DNA of 49,560 bases from Macrostomum lignano (lineage: Eukaryota), in assembly GCA_002269645.1 (NCBI GenBank), contig NIVC01004339.1:1-49560 (forward strand), read 5' to 3'. Every line of letters starts with the position of its first letter. The first letter of the stretch is position 1. Made by a program: the position numbers and the translations under genes. Below, in pieces: positions 1 to 11,926 of this stretch. The notes beneath the pieces are model-generated. The model was given only the letters and a program-made list of their open reading frames with translations. It was not told the DNA's origin and did not search any database.

Positions 1-3000
1 ACCGGCAACCTGCACCGGTTCAAGTACCTGGTAGACGACAATCGAGCTGATTTCCGGTTCGGCCACGTGTACAGCGACGGCTTCTCGCTGCCGATCATCC
101 TGGTCCAGAGCTACAAGAAGCTCGAGGCCACCCTCGGCAAGACCCAGGAGATGCCCATCGATGACTACTGCCAGTGCGTGCGCTGGCTGGCCAGGAAGGG
201 CGCCAGCCTCGGCCACCAGGACAGCGCGGGCCGGACCCTGCTGCACTGGTGCATCCTCACGCAGACGCCCGTGTCGCTGCTGCAGGCCGCGCTAGACGCG
301 GGCGCCAATCCGGCGCTGCAGGACGAGGAGGGTCAGTCGGCTGTGCATCTGGCCATCCGGATGGGCTGCGCCGAGAGCCTCGACGTCATCGCCAGGTCGG
401 AACCGCACGGCCGGCAGGCGCTGGACGTCGCCTCGCGCCTCAGCGGCGCCACCCCGCTGATATACGCGGTGCAGATCGCCTCGTACGAGTTCGTGCACCA
501 GTTGCTTGAGTTCGGCGTCCAGGTCAACACGCAGGAGGACAACAAATACCGCCGGACTGCGCTGCACTACGCGCTGTACGTCAACCGGACGGACATCTTC
601 GAGTTGCTGCTGCGCAAGGGCGCCCGGCCTGACATTGTCGACTACAAGACAAGTCGGTGGAGGCCCGGGCGGCCGACCATCAAACGGCACCTTCAAAAAG
701 ATGGTGCGGTCTACGCCAGGGCGCAGCCGCCGCCTCCGACACCAGCAAGGAGTTCCACCCGACCACGCCGCTGATGGTGGCCTGCCAGGCCGGCGAGTTC
801 GAGACGGCGCAGAGCCTGATTGACGCCGGCTCCGATCCCGCTGAGGTGGACGACGGCGGCAAGAACGCGCTGCACTACTGCGCCGAGAGCGAGGAGACGG
901 CCTGCGCCGAGCTGCTGCTGGCCAAGCGGCCGGAGGTCGTCACGAAGAAGGACGCGGACGGGTACAGCCCGCTGCACCTGGCCACCATCGCTGGCAACGT
1001 CAAGCTGATCCACCTGCTGCTGCAGAGCGGCGCCGAGGTCGACGCCGTGGACAACGAGCGGCACTCCTCGGTGCACTGGGCGGTGGTCTGCAGCCAGGCC
1101 GACTCGCTCAAAGCGCTGCTGGACCACAAGGCCAAGGTGATGCAGCCGGACATCTTCGGCGCCTACCCGCTGCACTACGCGGCGCAGGTGTGCGGCACCG
1201 CGCAGCCGACCGACGACCGGCCGGTGCGAATCCTGGAGATGCTGCTTGGCCGGAGCAGCCGCGTCGACTGCCTGGACGCGAGAAGCGCAGCCCGCTGATG
1301 TGGGCCGGCAGCGTCGGCGCCAAGCGCGCCTGCGAGCTGCTGTTGAAGAAGGGCGCCAAGCCGGCTCTGGGCGACAAGGCGGGACTGACGGTGCTGCACT
1401 GCGCGGCCAGCCGAGGCCACGCCAACATCGTGGAGCTTATGGCAAAAGACACTGTTGACATCGACATCAACGTCGGCGACAAGAACGACTGCTCGCCGCT
1501 GTTCTACGCGTGACGCTCAACCAGGAGGAGTGCGTGCGTGCTCTGGTCAGGTGCGGGGCGGACATCGACCACCAAGACAAGAAGGGCCGGACTGCGGCCC
1601 ACTGCGCCGCCGCCAAGGATCTCATTATCATGCTGAAGCTGCTCAACGAGCTCGTGCGAACCTCTGGGTGGGCAACTCCATCGGCGACCTGCCGATCCAT
1701 GAGGCAGTGCACATGGGCCACCTGGAGACCGTGAAGCACCTGGCCGCGGACAGTAAGGCCCTCCTGGACACGAAGAACGTCAGCGAGCAGGCCTGCGTGC
1801 ACATCGCCGCCTACAAGAACGAGACACAGATGTGCAACGCGGTGCTGCGCTACGGGGCGGACGTCAACCTGGCCTCGGTGTCGGAGCAGGGCAACCCGGT
1901 GACGGCGCTGGACCTCACCAGCAGCAGCGAGTGCAAGGAGTTCATCAGGCGCTACGGCGGCCAGTACGCGCACGAGCTGGGCCTGGCCGACCGGCCGGAG
2001 GAGCGGCAGACGCTGCGATTGACGACGGCAATCGGCGGCGGCGGCGGCGGTGGCGCAGGCGGTCTCGCCAGCCGACGGAAAAGCGTCAGCGGTGGCGGAG
2101 CGGCGGCCGGATCGGCAGCGGCGGGGTCGTCAGGCGTGAACGCGCAGCCGTACGCGGACGCGATTAGACGGGCCGAGGAGATGATCGCCCGGCGGGAGCG
2201 AGAGGAGCAGCTGAAGGCGCAGGGCAGCGGCAGCGCCGACTACGAGGAGATAAACGTGGCGGACTACGATGATGAGCAGGAGGTGCTGCCGGAGCAGGAG
2301 GCTGAAGAGGGGGCGACGTCGCGGTCGCAGTCCCGTCGGCCGTCCCGGCAGCTGTCCCGTCGGGAGAGCGTCGGTGCCAATCTGCTTTCGGAAGCCCAGC
2401 AACAACAGCAACAACAGCAGAAGCAGCCGCCACCCCCGCCCATACCGGAGACAAAGGAGGCGGCAACAATCACCGAGGTGAGCGGATCGCCCGCTAAGAA
2501 GCCGCCCTGCTCGGTGATGACAACGTCGACCACCGACTTAAAGCAGCAGCCGCCGCCGCCGCCGCCTGAAACGGACAGGGAAGGCGTCAGCGGTGCCGAG
2601 GCTGAGAAGGCATCGTCTTCAACTGCGGCAATGTCGACAGACAGCCAGACCGAGCGGTCGCCAAGGCCGCAGCTGCAGGCTCAGCAGCAGCCGAAGGTCC
2701 GGCTCAACAAGCCGCACAAGGTGCCATTCTTCTGGGAGAAGCGGGGCAAAAACCCGGTGCAGGCGATGCGGATCAGGCCGCAGCAGCAGCAGCCGCAGAA
2801 GCCGCCGCCTGACAAGCAGATCCAGCGCAGCGTGCGCGAGTACGAGCGGGTCAGGGCGATCTCTAGGCACTCGCACAACAACAAGCGCAACCGGATCTAC
2901 GAGGGCACCGTGTCAGACAAGATCATGCTGAAGATGCTGCTGGAGGAGTACAGGCGCTACTGCATGTCCGAGTACAGCCTGGGCGACGACTTTGACGCCG

Positions 3001-4004
3001 ACGACGATTCGCCAGCGCCGCCGCCGTCCGAGCCGGAGACCGCAGCAGGCCTGGAGGCCGATGAGGAAGCGAAAGCAGAAAATAGCAAAAGTGAGGAGAA
3101 AGACAAAGACAAGGATAAGAACAAAGACACAGACAAGGACAAAGACAAGAACAAAGACAAGAACAAAGACAAGAACAAAGAGAAGGACAAGGAGAAGACA
3201 AAGGAGGCCGACAAGGACGCAAAATCAGCAAAGTCCAGCTCGCATGACCTGACAGGTAGCAGCATCTCCTCCATCAGGCAGTCGACAGCAAGAACTGGCG
3301 GTGGCGGCTCATCCGGCAGTCCGAAGTCGAAGAAGTTCAAGGAGCGCGAGCGGGAGTCCGAGTTCAGAGCGATGCTGCGGGAGACGCGCGACCTGTACCA
3401 GCAGGTGCAGCGCCAAGCTGACGAGACTCTGCGGCTGGCCAGGCGGATGAACGACGCGCTGGCGCAGGACCAGCAGCAACAGCCGCTCTCCAGCCACCGC
3501 TCGCAGTCGCGCCCGGCCACCTCGCGCGGCCCGGCAGCTGGCAAGCAGATCAGCCCGACGTTGGGCCTCGGCGGCTCCTCGACTCACTCGAACTCGCATG
3601 GCGGCCAGCGCCGCTCCGGCCCGCTGCCGCAACCACCGCCGGCGGCGCCAAATCCAGCGCCGGCTCGTCCGAAAACGTCGCGCCCCGGCGCCGGGCGGTC
3701 GGCCAGACAGCGGCAGGAGCAGATCCGCAAAGTGTACTCGTCCGGCGTGTTCCTGCCACCAGTCAGCCTGATGGACGGCCCGCCGGTGCCGCCGCCGCCA
3801 GCTCCGGCCACGTCGCCGAGGCATCAGGCTCAGTCGCACTCTCAGTCCTATCCACAGCCGCATTCGCAGCAGCAGCAGCAGCAGCAACAACAGCAGCAAC
3901 AGCAGCAGTCGGACTCGGCGCGATCAGGCGGCCCGAGCTCTCTGCACAGCGCCAGGTGCTCCAGCTCAGCGTACAATCAGAAACGAGTGCTTGGCGGCAC
4001 GTGA
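1..4004 (+). CDS. Ankyrin-repeat protein (inversin-like; ~15-16 ANK repeats, then a long low-complexity tail), 5'-truncated, four frameshifts in this sequence
   Basis: Frame 1 is open from base 1 (TGNLHRFKYL...). ANK motifs (GRTLLHW, GATPLIYA, RTALHYA, TTPLMVAC, GYSPLHLA, GAYPLHYAAQ, RSPLMWA, GLTVLHCAA, CSPLFYA, GRTAAHCAA, GDLPIHEA) run successively through ORFs 67..774, 657..1298, 1190..1513, 1510..1734 and 1455..4004. Frame switches occur at ~648 (could lie anywhere in 645-735), ~1278, ~1509 and ~1654. The tail has polyQ/polyP and a (KDKN)n repeat at ~3100-3200. Restored length is about 1335 aa within the window. Confidence 0.85.
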
Positions 4005-4345
4005 GACGAACCGCGGGGTCCCCCTGCCCTACTTCCTCTGTTGCTTGAGAAGCAGAGTAACTTGAAGACAGCCACTTGCACACTTATTGGCAGTCTTCTG
4101 CCGTTCTCTCTCAGCCGTAGGTCCATCTAAACACCAAAGCACTTGGGCCGGTTGATTGACCAATCAAATATTACATTTGCACCCGATGTAATTGGCTTTA
4201 CACAGAAATATTGTAACAACGATTTTGTAATGATTTAATCAAAATTTCCGGTGTTGCGTAAATATTCTAAGAAACCAACATTAGAATAGGAATTTGACGA
4301 AGGCAACGGTGCATAAAAGAGGGCTCCAACTGACTATTGGTTATT

Positions 4346-4351
4346 AATAAA
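4346..4351 (+). terminator. Candidate poly(A) signal AATAAA of the ankyrin gene
   Basis: AATAAA ~340 nt after the TGA at 4002-4004, in AT-rich sequence. Confidence 0.35.
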
Positions 4352-5267
4352 GTACAGAACATCCTTTAATTAGCTAAGTCGCTCCTCCAATGCTCAGCTC
4401 TGCCTGGACTTTCTCCCAATAAATTGTCCTCTGTAACAATGTTTTTTGTGATTTCTATTCTTTTTCTGCTTTTATTTATCAATTGACGCGTATATTACAT
4501 GTATGCTCGTAAAAACAAATCTGATGATTTTTCTCTAAACGCAGACTTTAATTTGCCTCGGATTTGAAATACAATTGAATTTATTTGTTTATTTCTTAGA
4601 AAAATCCGCACTAGTCTCGCTATCAATTATTCTTGTTTGGAATTTTTGAAAGAATCGAAATAGTTTATAATAACAGAGCAACTGGGGTTGCACCGCGCCA
4701 CTGAGTCAGAGGGGTGGGCAGGCAAAAGCTACAAAAAAAAACAAAAAAATGTCCAGCCGAGCGGGCGCACCCATGCGCAGGCAGGGCAGAGTTGCGCATC
4801 TTGTCAATCAGGTCTTGAGCAAAACACATTCCCTCCATCTGCCTCATTGGCGCCTCATTCAGTCTCTACCTCACTTTTTTGCTATTTTTAAATGTCGCCA
4901 TGAACGGAATAACAAAAAAGACGAATTTAGCGAGATAAGAAAGTGCCGACAGACCGGTTCGGGAGAGACAGGGACAGAGCGACTTGAGCTCAAGCGCAAG
5001 ATGAAATTCTGCAAGCAAAAGCCGCAGGTGAAAGGCTGTCAAGCTCGAACCATCAGATGCTATTTTAAGGGCTGCAATAAAATTCAGTGCAAACGGCGTT
5101 GTGGCGAATTTATTGTTTTGGAAATAGTTGCACGTCAGCTTTATTGCCGAGCACTGACTTTTTTAAATAGCTTCAGTATTTGTTTATGCATTCTTTCCCT
5201 ACTGCACTACTGTAAATAGGAAGCAGAAACTGTTGAAATAATTTCACGAAGTCTAACTGATCCCAAC

Positions 5268-5995
5268 AATCTTATCAATATGTCATTGATCTCATCAATA
5301 TTATCAATGTGGCACTGATCTCATCAATTAATATGTCCCTGATCTCATATCAATCTTATCAATATGGTACTGATCTCATATCAATCTTATCAATATGTCA
5401 TTGATCTCATATCAATCTTATCAATATGGCACTGATCTCATATCAATCTTATCAATATGGCACTGATCTCATATCAATCTTATCAATATGGAACTGATCT
5501 CATATCAATCTTATCAATATGGAACTGATCTCATATCAATCTTATCAATATGGCACTGATCTCATATCAATCTTATCAATATGGCACTGATCTCATATCA
5601 ATCTTATCAATATGGCATTGATCTCATATCAATCTTATCAATATGGTACTGATCTCATATCAATCTTATCAATATGGCATTGATCTCATATCAATCTTAT
5701 CAATATGGCACTGATCTCATATCAATCTTATCAATATGGCACTGATCTCATATCAATCTTATCAATATGGCACTGATCTCATATCAATCTTATCAATATG
5801 TCATTGATCTCATATCAATCTTTTCAATATGGCACTGATCTCATATCAATCTTATCAATATGGCACTGATCTCATATCAATCTTATCAATATGGCACTGA
5901 TCTCATATCAATCTTATCAATATGGCATTGATCTCATATCAATCTTATCAATATTTCACTGATCTCATCAACCCTGTCAACATGTCACTGATCTC
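5268..5995. repeat. 31-bp minisatellite (TGATCTCATATCAATCTTATCAATATGGCAC), ~23 copies
   Basis: GATCTC recurs every 31 bp (e.g. 5341, 5372); degenerate at both ends. Confidence 0.95.
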
Positions 5996-6612
5996 GATCT
6001 CAATGATCTCATCAATCTTATGAGTGAATCTCATTAAACTCATCAATCTTATGAGTGAATCTCACGGATCTCATCAATCCTATTGATTATCTCTCCCAGG
6101 TATTATAAATCAGACCATCGGTAGGACTTTATTCAAATCACCTCTGTTTGAACGTTCTCTCGACCTTCACAGTTTCTCAAATTTGAGAAGTTCGCCAAGC
6201 AAATAAATCATAAATAAATGCTCGAAAATAGCCGCTCAATTAATCCAACGCAGAGATTCGAGTCAAGACGTGCAATATCGAATTTTTCGGGGGAGTTTTT
6301 TGTTAAACAAATCTTACACGGAAGCTGCGTTTATTGGGCAGCATGTTATTCGAGGCGGGGCTTATCGGCACCCACCACACCCCTTGTGTGGCCGCACTTT
6401 TCCCTATCAGCACTCGACCAGCATGTACACAGGTGCGACCGAAGTGCATCGCCCTGCCCTCTTATCGATCTGCTGGAGAGGCGTGACCAGAGGGACTGGG
6501 AAAGGAGGACGGTGGCGACATACGATGATTGCCTTCTGGCCATATTAATAAACAATGCAGACAGACAGCGCTGAAGTTCACATTTCTTGCCGGTCTTCAG
6601 CGGTTAGAACGT

Positions 6613-6988
6613 GTTGCCATAGCAACAGTACTGCATCATCGAGATTCAATAACAAAAGAAGCCAGTATCAAACCGAAATTGTAATATTGCAACTGGACTC
6701 AATATTGTTTCCATAGCAACCGCGTGCCCATTGTGTTGCCATAGCAACAGAACCGGAGTATCTTGTTATCATAGAAAGTGAGCTGCACCGTCGTGTTGCC
6801 ATAGCAACTGAACCGCACAATTGTGTTTCCATAGAAACTGAACCTGACCGTGGTGCTTCCATAGAAACAGAACTGCAATATCGTCTTTCCATAGCAACTG
6901 AGCTGCACCATCGTGTTTCCATAGCAACTGAGCTGCACCATCGTGTTTCCATAGCAACTGAGCTGCGCCATCGTGTTTCCATAGCAAC
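6613..6988. promoter_or_regulatory. 30-bp tandem array (~10 units plus one outlier at 6613), each carrying an RFX X-box-like 14-mer GTTKCCATAGMAAC
   Basis: Exact GTTKCCATAGMAAC at 6613, 6707, 6735, 6795, 6825, 6915, 6945 and 6975; degenerate copies at 6765, 6855 and 6885. The last copy ends 46 bp before the GPCR ATG. The repeat is certain; the regulatory role is inferred. Confidence 0.6.
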
Positions 6989-7034
6989 AGAACTCGACTC
7001 GTCTGCGCCGCATCATTGTGTTGGATACCTCGGC

Positions 7035-8849
7035 ATGCAAAACGCGGGAGCACCCTCAGCAGTAGCAAACAGCTTGCCGGACGATTACGACTACGTGGAC
7101 TCCTTGCACGACCTACTGGACGAGTGCCGACCGGAGGCCGGCGCCGCCAGGTGCACCGCGGCCACAATCCTGGGCGTGATGTCCGCCTACGCGCTACCGG
7201 TGATGCTGACCCTCACCCTGGTCAACAACGGCCTGCTGCTCCACGTGTTCGCCGCCCGGATGCGCCTGTCCACGCGATTCTCAGTCTACCTGGCTACCCT
7301 GTGCGTCTGGGACTCGCTGCACTCGCTGGTGTGGGGCCTCGGCTGGTTCCACCTGGCCAAGGGCCTCCCCTGGGCCACCGGCGGCCGGCACGGATTCCTT
7401 CTGCTGAACGCTGGCGGCGACGTCGGCTGCCGGGCCACCCGGTTCGCCCAGTCATTCCTGTCGGGCTCGACGGCGCTGGTGCTGTTGGCCTACGCGCTGG
7501 ACCGCTGCCTGTCGGTGCTGGCGCCGCTGCGGATGCGCGGCGTCGGTCGCAACCGGGCGGTGGCCGCGGTGTCCGCCGCTACCGGCGTGTCCATGGTGCT
7601 GTCGCTAAGCAGCCTGGCCATGTTCGGCCGGACACAGGTGACGTTCTGGCCGGCTGGCGGGCCACGCAACGCCACCCGGATTCTTTGCGGCGTGCTGTTC
7701 GAGCCGCCCAGCGCCTCCTACTACGTCAGCATGCTGTTCCGCCTGCTGCTGATCGGCGACGCGTCTTTGCTAGTCGCCATAGCAACGCTGATTGTTAATC
7801 TGGTCATGTCGGTCAAAGTGGCGCTGGTACTGCGGCGGCGTAAATGTCGGGTGAGTCGGATACACGGACTACTTAAGTGTGCTTTAAACTACCGCATAGA
7901 CCACAGGCAATAGCTAGATTGGTCACTTCCCAAATTTACTTGTGCGCTACTGTTAGGACCAGATGTGTAAGTAGTACACAATTGACGAAATAATTGATTA
8001 AATTTTACAACTTATTGAATCGTTTTTCTAATGAGTCCGGATCCTTAATATGATAGTAATAATTATAGAGTTTAGTCTTACGAAAGTCCAGCTTTACCAA
8101 CAGGCATTTACAGTACAAACTCGCGTATTCGCATTAATTTCTTTTCCTCTACTTGGGATTTTCGCTCTGGTGAGAATTTATCTTTGCACATGCAAATTAT
8201 GCTACTGTCCTAACTACTGAATAGTGGAGAGAGCGTCAACCCCTCCTCTGCTGTCTATGGCCGCCAGACTACAAGCTCCATTGGCAGTGTGTGCCGCTCT
8301 TTTCTCAGTATCTAAATATAAATAAATAATAATTAATACTATGATTAGAAAGTACGAGTACGCCATGGTGCCCCACAGCCCTTCTGAGAATATCTGATTA
8401 TTTTCAATTGCAAAATCCTATTGTCAACTCATTTAATTGATTCAACCATCCCCGCCCAGGTGACCGGCGACATCGTCGGCCAGCGGTCATCGGAGCGGCG
8501 CGAGGACCTCGGCCCGACAGTGTCGGTCATCCTGATGTCCGCCGTCTACCTCTTGGCCACCGTGCCGAAGGTGATCGGCGTGCGCGGCATGTACGGCGCC
8601 ATCGAGATGGCCGGATCCGAGCAGGTGCCCACCAGACTCATGCTCAACATTGGCGACATCGGCGAGCTGCTGCTGCAGTGGACCGGCGCACTCAACGCAC
8701 TCATCGTGTTCCGCTACGTGGCCGCCTTCAGGAGGCACCTGCGCCAGATGGTGGCCAGTGCGAGGGCCTCAGCCTGCACGGTGGCCAGCCGGCTGGCCCG
8801 CAGCGCGGCCGCTCCTGCGGCAAGCGCCGGCGCCGCAGCGTCCAAGTGA
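7035..8849 (+). CDS. Rhodopsin-like (class A) orphan GPCR, 401 aa; exons 7035-7850 and 8460-8849
   Basis: Seven hydrophobic segments, TM3 C...ALDRC motif, TM6 LLATVPK, TM7 NALIV followed by an FRR helix 8. Phase-0 intron 7851-8459 (CGG|GTGAGT ... CCCGCCCAG|GTG) joins ORFs 7035..7913 and 8421..8849 in frame. Confidence 0.9.
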
Positions 8850-9024
8850 AATTCAAAGCCAAATGGCCAGTGGGTCCGATTCTCACCAGTCTGACATGTA
8901 CAGTTTTGACTGCTTGAGTCTGACTTTTTTATGCCTACTGTTGCTATAAAATATACAAATTATGGATAATTAAATCTACAGGAGTTTTAATGACAGAAAA
9001 CTGTACACAAGGGAATTGGGGGGC

Positions 9025-9378
9025 CAGCAACTGAGGATCTGGGAGGCCGCTGGCCCAGACACTGAGGATCTGGAAGGCTGGCCCAGCAACTGAGGATCTG
9101 GGAGGCTGGCCCAGCAACTGAGGATCTGGGAGGCTGGCCCAGACACTGAGGATCTGGAAGGCTGGCTCAGACACTGAGGATCTGGGAGGCTGGCCCAGCA
9201 ACTGAGGATCTGGGAGGCTGGCCCAGACACTGAGGATCTGGGAGGCTGGCTCAGACACTGAGGATCTGGGAGGCTGGCCCAGCAACTGAGGATCTGGGAG
9301 GCTGGCCCAGACACTGAGGATCTGGGAGGCTGGATCAGACTCTGAGGATCTGGGAGGCTGGCCCAGCAACTGAGGATC
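9025..9378. repeat. 28-bp minisatellite (ACTGAGGATCTGGGAGGCTGGCCCAGCA / ...AGAC), ~12 copies, between the convergent GPCR and HPDL 3' ends
   Basis: Unit starts at 9061, 9089, 9117 etc. Confidence 0.95.
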
Positions 9379-9935
9379 TTAACCGACTACAAATATCGAT
9401 AATAACGTGTGTTGAATCTTGAAGCCCCCAAAAAGAAGCACAAAGCGCGTCAGTCCCAAAGCAGAATGCAGAGTTTCGTATCAAAAGCAGAAGGCTCGAA
9501 TTCCATTCTGAATGCAGCGGGCCAGACGGGCGCCCGAGACCGGAGATGCAGCCGCTGATTATTAAGCTTGAACATGGGTTAAACAGAGGCAGACACGCGG
9601 GGACAGAGAAGGCAGAAACTCTGAATAATCAGGTAAAGGCTAGCCGTGTGTGTATGCGCTGAGATTGTACCAGCTTGCGAGCACGCGGTACATACTACTT
9701 GAGAAAAAAACAAAGCCAGTGAATCAGTAGCACTTTTTGGTTGTTAAAAATGTTAATTATGGCAAAGAAAAATAAAAATTCAGCTAGTTGCAAAACATGC
9801 TAGGAAATGCCCTGCGGATCAGCCTGTGCGCGAACAGTGTCAGATTAACTGAAGCACAAAAGAATATTCAATTAAATCTTCTCCTAGAAGCAGAGTTCTT
9901 CCTCCGTTCCCTTCTCCTCCCACAAGTTCCAGCAA

Positions 9936-11875
9936 TCACAGCTGCCCCCTGCTGAGCATGTGGGCTTCCACCGCGCGCCACAGCGCCGATATGTTGCCAG
10001 CGCCGAAACCGCGAGCGCCAACTCGGCTGATGAGCTCCAGGAAGAAAGTGTCCTCGCTGAGCAGCGGCTTCGTGAACACCTGCATCAGGTACCTACGGCC
10101 GCAGTGGAATTAGCGGAGTTACCTTTGCTATGGTAACACATCCCTGCTCTACAGCAGATAATCCCTACTCTACAGCAGATAATCCCTACTCTACAGCAGT
10201 TAATCCCTCCCTATCCTACAGCAGATAATCCCTCCCTACCCTACAGCAGATAATCCCTCCCTACCCTACAGCAGATAATCCCTCCCTACCCTACAGCAGA
10301 TAATCCCTCCCTACCCTACAGCAGATAATCCCTCCCTACCCTACAGCAGATAATCCCTATTCTACAGCAGATAATCCCTCCCTACCCTACAGCAGATAAT
10401 CCCTCCCTACCCTACAGCAGATAATCCCTCCCTACCCTACAGAAGATAATCCCTATTCTACAACAAATACCTCTCCTAGTAGTATCTCACCGGCTATAAG
10501 GTGCACCTCACCTGTCTCTGCTGTCAGCAGGGCAGTCGTCGCCGCCACCTCCGTCGGCCTCGCAGTCCACCAGAATTTGATTATCTCGCACCGACTGCAG
10601 ATCGAGCCCGGATTCGGCAATCTGCTGCACCTTGCCGATCTGCAGTGTTGGGAACATCCAGCACGCTCGTATTCAATTTTTACTGATATCGCTATCGTTA
10701 GCAAAGCGAAAATTAAAGGTATTTTCCATATTTTTCTACTACGAGTAGAGTAGTCGAGTTAATAAATTATCAATTTTAATTTTAATTTATCGATTTTTTC
10801 TGCATGGTCTTCTACCCAGCATACCTCTTTGCTGTAGTAGGCAGCCGGGGGGTCCATGAACTCCACGCCGCGTTGCCTGTAGACCGCCACCTGCTGCACA
10901 AAATTGTCCAAATGAATGGCCACGTGCTGCACACCCGAGCCTCCGTGCTCGCGCAGGAATGTGTTGATCTGGTTGGGGCCTGTGAGGGACAGTGTCATTT
11001 TCATTCTAAGCGGTGCCATTTTGACTTTGAGCTGTGCCATTTTGACCCTGATCTGTGTCACTTTGACTCTGGTGTGCCATTTTGACCCTGATCTGTGTCA
11101 CTTTGACTCTGGTGTGCCATTTTGACTTTGAGCTGTGCCATTTTGACCCTGATCTGTGTCACTTTGACTATGAGGTGTGCCATTTTGATTCTGAGATGTG
11201 CCATTTTGACTCTGAGTTGTGCCATTTTGATTCTGAGATGTGCCATTTTGACTCTGAGCTGTGCCATTTTGACTCTGAGCTGTACCATTTTGATTCTGAG
11301 ATGTGCTATTTTGACTCAGATGTGCCATTTTGTCTGTCTGTTTATCTGTCTGTCTATCTGTCTGTCTGTCTGTCTGTCTGTGCCATTTTGACTCTGATCT
11401 GTGTCACTTTGATTCTGAGCTGTGCCATTTTGATTCTGAGATGTGCCATTTTGACTCTGAGTTGTGCCATTTTGACTCTGTGTTGTGCCATTTTGACCCT
11501 TAAAATCTCATTTATAGATATTATGCACGCCAGCAAACTTGTTCAAACTTACTCCATCGGGAACTTACTAGATAAATATCCAATATGTAAAAGTGGAAAA
11601 ATTATTCTCGACAAAAACTGACCAGAGTTCAGCGATTCGGCGAACACGAACTTCAGTCCGGTGTAGTGGTCCCTGGCGTCCGGCGGCTCGTTCGATGCAA
11701 TGGCTTTCAAGTTCATGCCGGAGTCCTTGTAGCGAACGGTGAAGCCGCCCTCCGTTTCTGTGCTGGAGTAGCAGAGTAATGCGGATGTGCATGGGTAGAC
11801 AGACAGACGAAAGACAAACAGACGGATAGACAGACAGACAGACAGAAAGACGGATAGACAGATAGACAGACAGAC

Positions 11876-11926
<51 letters not shown>

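Noticed and set aside
640-1660. Programmed -1 ribosomal frameshifting in the ankyrin gene
   Set aside because: No X_XXY_YYZ slippery heptamers at the defined break points, and four consecutive events would give negligible full-length product.
174-3899. Antisense and alternate-frame ORFs over the ankyrin gene (likewise over FAM193, HPDL and the 532-aa gene)
   Set aside because: Expected shadow ORFs of GC3-rich coding DNA.
4749-5219. 156-aa Cys/Lys-rich ORF
   Set aside because: AT-rich codon usage unlike the real genes here, and no recognisable motif.
5268-5995. 31-bp repeat as a CRISPR or RNA-gene array
   Set aside because: Head-to-tail with no spacers; only a trivial ATTGAT/ATCAAT hairpin per unit.
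6707-6988. CRISPR-like layout (conserved 14 bp plus variable 16 bp)
   Set aside because: The variable parts are clearly homologous to each other, the units are too short, there are no cas genes, and the context is eukaryotic.
7772-7787. GTCGCCATAGCAAC (VAIAT) inside GPCR TM5, matching the upstream repeat
   Set aside because: A single short match compatible with ordinary hydrophobic TM coding; cannot be distinguished from chance.
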